A stretch of DNA of 64,000 bases, from contig JABWCQ010000004.1 of NCBI GenBank assembly GCA_013360195.1, positions 43,836-107,835 on the forward strand. Reading direction: 5' to 3'. Shown piece after piece: positions 30,589-38,630 of the stretch (positions are counted from its first letter, which is position 1; the number at the start of each line of letters is the position of its first letter). The position numbers and the translations under genes are program-made. The notes beneath the pieces were generated by a model that had not been told where the DNA came from, did no database searches, and saw only the letters and a program-made list of their open reading frames with translations. The stretch is from a bacterium (GTDB lineage Bacteria > Electryoneota > RPQS01).

Positions 30589-30768
30589 GTATGCATACTG
30601 TTGAAATCGCTTCATGGATTGATTGTTCCAGTGGCGGATGGTTTGACAGCGGCATGAGTTTTTGCTTTCTGGCTTCGCGAGAAACCAGAGAGCGGGAGCT
30701 TTGCCAATTGGCTGTCGGGCTTTCCGAAAGACGATTAAGTCCATCACAGATTCAACAGGGAACGGATC

Positions 30769-32262
30769 ATGATCAGGACCTCACAACACACTGCAACTCG
30801 CCGGGATGGCGGATATGTCCTCGTGGCCATGATGGCGCTGGTAGCGTCCCTCTTGGGCACCGGTATTGCCTTTATGCAATGGGCAACCGATGAAGCAGTT
30901 CAGGGTCAGCATGCGCACGCGCGTATGCAAGCATATTATGTCGCGCAAGCCGGAGTCATCGAACAAGGCTTGACGTGGCTGAACCAGCAGCAGGCGGGAC
31001 TTCTACCGCGTACGGAAACACGATTGGGTGACGGGGTAATACCCGGTGTCGGACGATACAAGGATGTTCGCGTCTCTCCTGTGTTCGGTTCGGTTGACGA
31101 CAATTCGAACTTCAGTTTCGATGAGAAATTCCGTATTCAGGCTTACGGTATCGTGGATTCGCCGTGGGAAGAGCGGGATGCGAAGAGGGATACGGTCAAG
31201 GCCGTCTTGTATGTTCAGGTGCGCAGCTTTGTGGACTATCTGTATCTGACCAACTACGAGACTTCGGCCACCTTCCCGGGTGACGTCGTTCGATTCTTCG
31301 GCCGTGATACTCTTTGGGGGAGAGTGCATTCCAACGATTGGATTACAACCCAAAACGTCGGCGGATTACCGGTGGCGTTTGACATCGTATCCACGACCAA
31401 ACCGAGTTTCCGCGCCGGTTCTCCCAATCCCGCGTTCGATTTCCGCGGCGGACCTCCAAGATTCAATGCTCCGCAGGTTCGCATGCCCGAATTGGCCGAG
31501 TCGATTCGCAATAATGCAGATTACTATTTGTCGGCAACCGGCGAAGAGTGGTACTGTTCAATTAATGGCGGTCACGCCAGGTTTTATCATTGGCCGATCG
31601 GTACCGAGCTTGATACGTTGGACGCGCCCTTTGTGGAAGTCAATTGTTCGCCAAGTGCCTGCGTCTTTGTGGACGGCAAGCTTGACATGCGCGGAGTCAT
31701 GAATGCCACTGGCTGCAAGTTAACGGTCGGCTGTTCACAGGATATTCGCCTGATTGACAACGTTATGCTGCAAGGGACGAACCCGATTTCCGGGCAGCTG
31801 CCTGCAAACGCGTTAGGTCCGAACGGCAGCATTATCGGCATCGTTTCTGAGCAGTGGATATATATTGCCAATACGTGGCAGAATGGCCGCGAAAATCAGG
31901 CTCAGGGTTCCGATATCGTGCTGACCGCCGCCATCGTATCACTCCGAGGCAGTTTTCAGCTTGAGCAGATGAACGACGTCAACGACCCCTATATCGGTCC
32001 GGCACCGGACGAACGGGGGGAAATTGTGATGACGGGTTCAATTACGCAGTGGCGCCGCGGCTATGTTCACCGCTCCAATCGCGGTGGCACCGGCTACAAC
32101 AAAGTTTACCATTATGACAGTCGCTTCCGTTACATGCGTCCGCCCTGTTTCCTCGGTGCGACGGATGACGACGGGCGAGTCCTCCTCAATATGGTTCAGT
32201 GGGGCCAAGCCTCAGAGGACCCGGTGGACGTGGCGGCAAACAGGCGACTCCGGTATAATTAG
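30769..32262 (+). CDS. PilX_N-domain protein (large minor pilin / pilus-tip-associated, GspK-like), 497 aa
   Basis: N-terminus 'RRDGGYVLVAMMALVASLLGTGIAF...AYYVAQAGVIEQG' matches the PilX N-terminal pattern ('..A.Y.AEAG.E'); large beta-rich C-terminal region. Confidence 0.55.
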   Translation: MIRTSQHTATRRDGGYVLVAMMALVASLLGTGIAFMQWATDEAVQGQHAHARMQAYYVAQAGVIEQGLTWLNQQQAGLLPRTETRLGDGVIPGVGRYKDVRVSPVFGSVDDNSNFSFDEKFRIQAYGIVDSPWEERDAKRDTVKAVLYVQVRSFVDYLYLTNYETSATFPGDVVRFFGRDTLWGRVHSNDWITTQNVGGLPVAFDIVSTTKPSFRAGSPNPAFDFRGGPPRFNAPQVRMPELAESIRNNADYYLSATGEEWYCSINGGHARFYHWPIGTELDTLDAPFVEVNCSPSACVFVDGKLDMRGVMNATGCKLTVGCSQDIRLIDNVMLQGTNPISGQLPANALGPNGSIIGIVSEQWIYIANTWQNGRENQAQGSDIVLTAAIVSLRGSFQLEQMNDVNDPYIGPAPDERGEIVMTGSITQWRRGYVHRSNRGGTGYNKVYHYDSRFRYMRPPCFLGATDDDGRVLLNMVQWGQASEDPVDVAANRRLRYN

Positions 32263-32357
32263 GAGTTACCAGCCGTGAGGAGCGGCACGCAGTGTCCGAG
32301 CGACACGGCGGAGCGCGCATCATGGTGATCCGTTCCCTCAAAAAATCATGGATTGTG

Positions 32358-32382
32358 CCTGCAGGCCCGCGCGGCCTGCAGG
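32358..32382. promoter_or_regulatory. Palindrome CCTGCAGGCC-cgcgc-GGCCTGCAGG (10-bp arms) in the 232-bp pilM upstream region
   Basis: Perfect inverted repeat read from sequence; candidate operator or terminator. Confidence 0.4.
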
Positions 32383-32494
32383 CCAATCTGTTTCGTGCAG
32401 CGGCCCATCCTACCCTGAAAATGATCTGCCGCAGCTTCGCCCGACAACTTAGAGCAGAAACCCTCTTGATTTCCTCTCTCGCTTTGGAGATCCC

Positions 32495-33583
32495 GTGTTT
32501 GGATTAAAATCAAATGTTCGCGTGGGTCTGGATATCGGCTCACACGCGATCCAACTGGTCGTGACCGAAAAGCACCATGACAAGAGCCGTTTAATCGGCG
32601 CATGGTCGCGAGATATTTACAGTGCCGCCAATGAGCGCTATGATTTGGACGGCCCGAAGAAGGGCGCCATCGTACCGCTCGTTTTGGACATGTTCCGCGA
32701 AGCCGGCATCAAGCCGAATAGGGTCGCTCATTTAGGTTCCTGTCTTTCGGGACTGAATATGGCCACCAAGGAGATTCGCTCCTTGTCTATGCCGGATGAC
32801 GAAATGGCAAGCGCGCTGAATCAGGAAGGCCGCAAGCATCTGCCGCTCGATGGTTCAGAGCTATTGGTGGACTACCAGATTCTTGGGGACGACACCCGTG
32901 AAGCCGACAAGGTTCGGGTGCTGCTCGCAGTGACGACCAAGCGCACGTTGGACGCTCACCTTGACGTCTTACGCGAACTCGATTTGAAACCCGGCGTGGT
33001 GGATCTCGAACCTCTCGCGTGTGTCAATTCGTACATTGTGCGCAATGAGTTGCCCGACGACGGCGTGCTGTGCTTTCTGAATATCGGAGCGCGCCGCACG
33101 AATTTGGTGATTCTCGGACGCAAGGACATGTATTTCAGCCGTGATCTTCCGGTGGCGGGTTGGAGTTTCACCGAAGACATCATGAACAAGCTGAATTGCA
33201 CCTTCGCGGAAGCTGAGGAAATCAAGAAGCGTCAAGGACTGACCGCGAAAGACTTGAAGCCGATGGCTTCAGGCGGAGCGGAAACTCTGGCATCCAGTCT
33301 TGCGCTGTCTGACAAGTCGCCTTTGGACAAGCTGTACGACGAAATCAATCGTTCGATTCGCTATTATGTGAAAGAAACCGGCCAGAGCGGTATCATGAAG
33401 TTTGTGTTGTTCGGCGGCACGGCCACGTCTCAGGAGTTGTGCGACTTTTTGGCCAACCGCTTCAGCGTTCCGGTTGAAGCCTACGATCCGTTTCGCGTTC
33501 TCGAGGGTCATGCTGATGTCAGCAACCACCCGCAATTTTCAACAGCAGTTGGCTTGGCGCTGCGCGCGCAGGCGATATACTAA
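32495..33583 (+). CDS. pilM: Type IV pilus assembly protein PilM (actin/FtsA-like ATPase fold)
   Basis: 'VGLDIGSHAIQLVV', 'LNIGARRTNLVIL', 'VLFGGTATSQELCDFL'; first gene of the pilMNOPQ block. Confidence 0.85.
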   Translation: MFGLKSNVRVGLDIGSHAIQLVVTEKHHDKSRLIGAWSRDIYSAANERYDLDGPKKGAIVPLVLDMFREAGIKPNRVAHLGSCLSGLNMATKEIRSLSMPDDEMASALNQEGRKHLPLDGSELLVDYQILGDDTREADKVRVLLAVTTKRTLDAHLDVLRELDLKPGVVDLEPLACVNSYIVRNELPDDGVLCFLNIGARRTNLVILGRKDMYFSRDLPVAGWSFTEDIMNKLNCTFAEAEEIKKRQGLTAKDLKPMASGGAETLASSLALSDKSPLDKLYDEINRSIRYYVKETGQSGIMKFVLFGGTATSQELCDFLANRFSVPVEAYDPFRVLEGHADVSNHPQFSTAVGLALRAQAIY

Positions 33584-33614
33584 ACACCGGCCGCAAGGCA
33601 ATTGACCAAGAGCA

Positions 33615-34247
33615 ATGGTAAGATTATTTACAATCAATTTGAACAAGGGCGAAGGGGAAATCGTCCTTCGTCAACGCAAGCAGGAGCGCCGCAGTTTCTT
33701 GCTTCTGTTCCTGATGGGTCTGGTGTTCGCCGTACTCGGCGGAGTGACATGGGCTCAGAATGAAGCGTTGGACGACGTAATAAAATCCCGCCGCGACAAG
33801 CTGGATCGCATCAAATACGAGCTTGACAGCTTGAAGCGGGAAGGCACGAACGTGTCCAAGGACGACGTGATGGCGCTTGCGAATTTGGAGACGGAACGCT
33901 TTTTATGGGCGCGCCGCCTCGAGGTTCTGGCGGATGTGCTGCCTCCCGGCATGTCGGTCACGGGTCTGGAGCTGAATAACAACCGTTTCTACCTGCATTG
34001 CATCGCGAAGGTGGATTCTTCACAGAAGGAGTTCGACATCATTTCGAGCTTTGTTGATCTGCTGAAGACGACTCCTGACTTCCGTCAAGGCATGTATGAA
34101 ATCAAGTTCGACAAGTCGCTGCGCAAGGTGGTCGAGGATCAGGATGCGCTGATGTTCTCGGTCGAGTGCATAACTCGTGATCCGGACCGCGGCAAGAAGA
34201 AGAAAGCGGCAGCCGGGCCGTCGAAGACAATCGTACAAGGCTCGTAA
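33615..34247 (+). CDS. pilN: PilN-like bitopic inner-membrane pilus alignment protein
   Basis: Basic N-terminus, one TM 'FLLLFLMGLVFAVLGGV', coiled-coil periplasmic region; position after pilM. Confidence 0.6.
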   Translation: MVRLFTINLNKGEGEIVLRQRKQERRSFLLLFLMGLVFAVLGGVTWAQNEALDDVIKSRRDKLDRIKYELDSLKREGTNVSKDDVMALANLETERFLWARRLEVLADVLPPGMSVTGLELNNNRFYLHCIAKVDSSQKEFDIISSFVDLLKTTPDFRQGMYEIKFDKSLRKVVEDQDALMFSVECITRDPDRGKKKKAAAGPSKTIVQGS

Positions 34248-34262
34248 GGGGAGATCAGACAA

Positions 34263-34817
34263 ATGAGAAAAGCAATCGCAGCACTTATTCTTCTGATCGT
34301 AGTCGCCGGCAGCTTCTACTACTATTTGAAGTTTGTTTACAAGCCGAAGCCGGGGATTGTCCGCGAGTTGGACGAGGAAATCCGGGTTGAGAACGAGAAG
34401 CTCATCGCGGCACAGATCATCGCCAACGAACTGCAGCAGGTGACACGCCTGATCGAAGGCAACCTTGCGCAGTCGCAGCGCGACTCGCTGGCCGAGGACG
34501 CGTCGCTGCCGTTCATGAATCAGGTTACGGACATTCTGCGCGCCTACAATATAGACCTGAAGTCGATAGAACCGGGGCGGCGCAGAAACTACAATACATA
34601 CATCGCGACTCCGTATAATCTGGAAGTGAATACGAGCTACAAGTCGCTGGTGAATTTCCTGAATGATGTCGAGAAGAGCAATCGGTTGGTTACGGTGGAC
34701 AAGTTCGAATTGTCCAGTCAGGTCAAGCAGGTTCAGGCCATGGCCAAGAACGGCTTGACGGACAAGCGGCCGATGATGATAGAATTGTCCACTTTGACTC
34801 TGATCAAGCAGAAATAA
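34263..34817 (+). CDS. pilO: PilO-like bitopic inner-membrane pilus alignment protein
   Basis: One TM 'IAALILLIVVAGSFYYY', coiled coil, C-terminal alpha/beta domain; synteny. Confidence 0.6.
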   Translation: MRKAIAALILLIVVAGSFYYYLKFVYKPKPGIVRELDEEIRVENEKLIAAQIIANELQQVTRLIEGNLAQSQRDSLAEDASLPFMNQVTDILRAYNIDLKSIEPGRRRNYNTYIATPYNLEVNTSYKSLVNFLNDVEKSNRLVTVDKFELSSQVKQVQAMAKNGLTDKRPMMIELSTLTLIKQK

Positions 34818-34838
34818 GCCTAAAAGGCCATACGAAAT

Positions 34839-35378
34839 ATGTCACAACGATTGAACGTTCTGTGGGGCATCCTGCTCACCTTGCTGGTGGTGACGATGGT
34901 CTGGATGGGCTGGCAGAACTACAAAATTTCCGAGCGGATTGAGGTCATGCGGAACAAGGCCATTGTTCTGGGTACCGACCAGCAGCTCGAAGAGACGGTT
35001 AACACGCTTGAAAAGGACCTGAACGATCGCATAGCCTACGTGACGAATGTCACGGTGGACCCGCTCGATTTGACTCGCACGATTCAGAGCAAGTCGTTTC
35101 TTGCAAGTCTTGGCTTGCGCGAGACACTCGAGCAGCGCGGACGGATGCGACTCTCGTGTACGGTGATGGGCGAAAATCCATCGGGCATCGTGAAGTTTAT
35201 GGGCAAGAGTCACGTGCTTCGCATCGGTGATGAGCTGAACGGCTTCCGTGTGGCGGCTATCGGACCGGCGGAAATGGTTCTGACAAAGGGCGGTTCGCGT
35301 TTGGTGCTGGTCAACGAGTCGGCGCCGGAAGGCGAGTTTACCGAAGGCAACACTTCCGTCGGCGGATCGAACTTTTAG
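34839..35378 (+). CDS. pilP: PilP-like periplasmic protein
   Basis: N-terminal anchor 'VLWGILLTLLVVTMVW', beta-rich C-terminus 'LRIGDELNGFRVAAIGPAEMVL'; synteny immediately before the secretin. Confidence 0.5.
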   Translation: MSQRLNVLWGILLTLLVVTMVWMGWQNYKISERIEVMRNKAIVLGTDQQLEETVNTLEKDLNDRIAYVTNVTVDPLDLTRTIQSKSFLASLGLRETLEQRGRMRLSCTVMGENPSGIVKFMGKSHVLRIGDELNGFRVAAIGPAEMVLTKGGSRLVLVNESAPEGEFTEGNTSVGGSNF

Positions 35379-35446
35379 GCCGCATAGACGCGTATCATTA
35401 TCAATTTGAAATTAGCAAATTTTAGCCGAGATAAAGGAATAGGCTT

Positions 35447-36871
35447 TTGAAACTGGCAACGCTTCTCCGTAATTCTCACGGGCGGACCATCGGTTCGTTC
35501 GCTTGGCGCGGCGGGCTCTTGATAGCCGCGCTGGTCTGGACGTTGATTGCCCAGACCCCCGTCAGAGCGCAAGGCGATGACGCACTGCAGAAGTTGGTGA
35601 CGATTGACGCCGACGATGCATTTCTGCCGTCAGTGCTCTCCATTCTTGCAGCCGAGAGCGGTTTTAACATCGTCACCGGTCCGCAAGTGAATCAGGAAGA
35701 GAGAATCTCGATCCACTTGAAAGACACTCCCATCGAGCAGGCCATGAACCTCGTGGTCCGCGCGGCGGGGTTGTCCTATGAAATTGTGGGCAAGTCTTTC
35801 CTCGTTGCACCTGAGAAGCAATTGGAGAAGCAGGTGGGATTGAATTCCTACGTGATAGATCTTCAGTACACCGACGCTCCGACGGTGGCCAAGATGCTTG
35901 CCAATATGCAGGCAGGAATCACTATTGACTCGACAGGCAACAAGCTGCTTGTTGTGACCAGCCCGAAAGTGCTGGCGGACATCCAGCGAGTCATTCAGGA
36001 AGTTGACGTTCCGCCGCTGCAGATCATTCTGGAATGCCGGATGATTGAAGTGGCAGTTGAGAACGAGGAAGTTCTTGGATTGGACTGGAACAAGCTTTCG
36101 TCCGTCCAGACCGTTATCTCCGAGACTCCGGTGGATCAATATGGTAATCCGGTGAACTCGGAAGGCGCGGCGTCGCTGTCGGGTATTGACCCGTCCGTTC
36201 GCGGCCGACTTCCTACTCGGATGCCTTTCTTCCCGATGGAGACTCGCAGACTTGGTTACTGGTCGAAGCAGGCCACGGCATTTGAAGTTGCGCTTGACGC
36301 TTTGTTGCGCACCGGCCGTGCTGAAGTGCTTGCCAATACGTCGGTGGCTACATTGAACAACAAGGAAGCCGCCATTCAAGTTGTGGACGAGATTCCGTAC
36401 GTTGCCCGCTCAGGCGGTGTCGGCGGTCAGGTTCAGATCGATCAGGTGATTGTCGGCGCGCTTTTGCGCGTGACGCCCAAGATTAACTCGGACGGATATA
36501 TCACGACCAGCATTCAGCCTGAATTGTCGTCAATTTTCCAGTTCCTCGAATCCTCGGATACTCAGCTGCCGTGGGTAAAGCGCCGCACGTCTTCCACTAC
36601 GATTCGCATCAAGGATGGCGAGACGGTAATTATCGGCGGTCTGTTGGGAGTTGAAGCATCAAAGACGGAGCATCGCTTCCCGTTCCTTGGCGACATACCC
36701 TTCATCGGCAGTTTGTTCCGTCATAAATCCACTTCCACTCGCAAGACAGACTTGATTATTCAGGTCACTCCGCACATTATCGGAACGGGCTACGCCATCG
36801 ATCTGCCTGTGCGCGTGAAGGAAGTTCAGGACAAGTTCATGCCTCAGGAGAGTGGTGAAGGCAACGAGTAA
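35447..36871 (+). CDS. pilQ: Type IV pilus secretin PilQ (GspD/PilQ family)
   Basis: Secretin C-domain 'VLANTSVATLNNKEAAIQVVDEIPY...TTIRIKDGETVIIGGL...FPFLGDIPFIGSLFRHKSTSTRKTDLIIQVTPHI'; signal peptide. Confidence 0.9.
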   Translation: MKLATLLRNSHGRTIGSFAWRGGLLIAALVWTLIAQTPVRAQGDDALQKLVTIDADDAFLPSVLSILAAESGFNIVTGPQVNQEERISIHLKDTPIEQAMNLVVRAAGLSYEIVGKSFLVAPEKQLEKQVGLNSYVIDLQYTDAPTVAKMLANMQAGITIDSTGNKLLVVTSPKVLADIQRVIQEVDVPPLQIILECRMIEVAVENEEVLGLDWNKLSSVQTVISETPVDQYGNPVNSEGAASLSGIDPSVRGRLPTRMPFFPMETRRLGYWSKQATAFEVALDALLRTGRAEVLANTSVATLNNKEAAIQVVDEIPYVARSGGVGGQVQIDQVIVGALLRVTPKINSDGYITTSIQPELSSIFQFLESSDTQLPWVKRRTSSTTIRIKDGETVIIGGLLGVEASKTEHRFPFLGDIPFIGSLFRHKSTSTRKTDLIIQVTPHIIGTGYAIDLPVRVKEVQDKFMPQESGEGNE

Positions 36872-38528
36872 GCGCTCGCCGCGAGTGCAGGTCGCGGCAC
36901 TGAGTTGGCTTGGTCTGTTGATCTTTGGAATCGCATCTGGGTGGGCACAAGAGACAAGCCAGTCCAGCAATACTTCGCTGAAGTCGGACATTTTGAAACG
37001 GATGTCCGGCCAATCCGTATTGCCAACGGAGTTTGGTCAGGCCGTTTATGAAGGCGCTGTTGACAGAAACAGCTATCGCGTAGGGCCAGGCGACAAACTG
37101 ATTCTTCAGATTTGGAGTCCAACCTATGAGGAGACTCCTGCGGTTGTCTCCGGTGATGGCCGAGTGGCGGTTCCGTTTGCAGGACCGGTTGAGGTCACGG
37201 GAAAAACACTGGCAGAAGCCGAGGAATTGATCTCGGCGGAGTTCCAGTCAGCTCTTCGGCGTGGCCGCGTGTCCGTAACGCTCTTTGAACCTCGCAAGAC
37301 GAGGATCCACGTCACGGGCGCGGTGACGTTCCCAGGTACCTACCCGATGCCGGCAACGTCACGAGTAGCCGATGCGGTTGATTTCGCCGGCGGCTTGAAG
37401 TCGGTGTTGGAGTTCAGGGCCGGAGATTCGGTGATGGTACCGATGGCATCCATGCGCAGAATCGAAATGCGGAATGGTCAAACGGGCGCAGTTAGCGTCG
37501 TGGACCTTCAGCGATTCTTTCAGGGAGGAGACATCACCGGTAATCCATACATCTTGGACGGCGCTGTGATATTCGTACCTCCGGCGCAAAGCGGGGTTCA
37601 AGTCGGGATTTTTGGTGAAGTCCGTAATCCGGGATTGTATGAGCACGCGCAAGGTGACAATGTAGAAACTCTGCTTGCTTTGGGCGGAGGCCTAACGGAG
37701 CTTGCAGACTCATCGATGCTCAGCATAGAACGCGGCAACGGTGAAGTTGAATCTTTGAATTTTTCGGCGTCTTCGCTTGCGATGCCTGTGCACGTCGGTG
37801 ACCGGGTGTATGTCGGCGGCAAACCTCGCTCTAACATAACGGGTTCGGTCACGATCAGCGGACAAGTCAGTCATCCCGGCGGTTATACAATTGTCCCGGG
37901 AAAAACGACGGTAGCCGAGTTGCTGAACAAGTGCGGGGGACTTTTGGAGGATGCCGCATCGCAGTCTGCCAGGCTGATTCGAAAGTCCGATGACCGGGTT
38001 GTCAATGAACGCAGAAGAGTGGCGGCCAATCCGCTCAAGACGATGGTGAAGGACGATCCGATTATGCTTGCCGACCTTGAAATGTCGGCGGAGTTTTCGC
38101 GGTGGGATTACGGCACAGTTGTCCTTGATTTATCTGCGAGTGAAGGTGAATCCGGGTTTTCCGGGAATGTGGTTCTCCAGGACGGCGATCATTTGGAAGT
38201 GCCGTCTCAGCCCCTGGGGGTCCGGGTGCTTGGTTATGTGAACAATGCCGGAGAGGTGCCTTGGCAAGAAGGCGCGACATTGAATCATTACATTGCACAG
38301 GCGGGCGGCAAGAACAGCGCGGGCTGGAAGGGGCGAACTGTGGTCTTGAAGGCGAGAAACGGTTCTCAACTTAGATACACGAGAAAATTATCAATTGACC
38401 CGGGCGACGTGCTGTTTGTTCCCCAGCGGCCGCGAACAACGGGATGGGAGCGCATCAAGGATGTTATTCAAGTGGCCGCGCAGGCCGCAACGATTGTCTT
38501 GGTGTTGGACACCGCAACAAAGAAATAG
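36852..38528 (+). CDS. Wza-like outer-membrane polysaccharide export (OPX) protein: Poly_export domain, about four SLBB domains, C-terminal amphipathic helix
   Basis: 'VGPGDKLILQIWS' Poly_export motif; repeated SLBB patterns 'IHVTGAVTFPGTYPMPATSRVADAVDFAGGL', 'GIFGEVRNPGLYE..GDNVETLLALGGGL', 'VTISGQVSHPGGYTIVPGKTTVAELLNKCGGL', 'VLGYVNNAGEVPWQEGATLNHYIAQAGG'; C-terminus 'IKDVIQVAAQAATIVLVL'; start overlaps the pilQ stop by 20 nt. Confidence 0.75.
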   Translation: MVKATSKRSPRVQVAALSWLGLLIFGIASGWAQETSQSSNTSLKSDILKRMSGQSVLPTEFGQAVYEGAVDRNSYRVGPGDKLILQIWSPTYEETPAVVSGDGRVAVPFAGPVEVTGKTLAEAEELISAEFQSALRRGRVSVTLFEPRKTRIHVTGAVTFPGTYPMPATSRVADAVDFAGGLKSVLEFRAGDSVMVPMASMRRIEMRNGQTGAVSVVDLQRFFQGGDITGNPYILDGAVIFVPPAQSGVQVGIFGEVRNPGLYEHAQGDNVETLLALGGGLTELADSSMLSIERGNGEVESLNFSASSLAMPVHVGDRVYVGGKPRSNITGSVTISGQVSHPGGYTIVPGKTTVAELLNKCGGLLEDAASQSARLIRKSDDRVVNERRRVAANPLKTMVKDDPIMLADLEMSAEFSRWDYGTVVLDLSASEGESGFSGNVVLQDGDHLEVPSQPLGVRVLGYVNNAGEVPWQEGATLNHYIAQAGGKNSAGWKGRTVVLKARNGSQLRYTRKLSIDPGDVLFVPQRPRTTGWERIKDVIQVAAQAATIVLVLDTATKK

Positions 38529-38630
38529 AACAATAACCTCAGGGTCGGGACAGGGATCAATCGGAGATTTTCGTGAAGGAAGTTTCCGGTCGGTTTCCCA
38601 AACCAAACAGAAAAGGACCTGGAGGGACTT

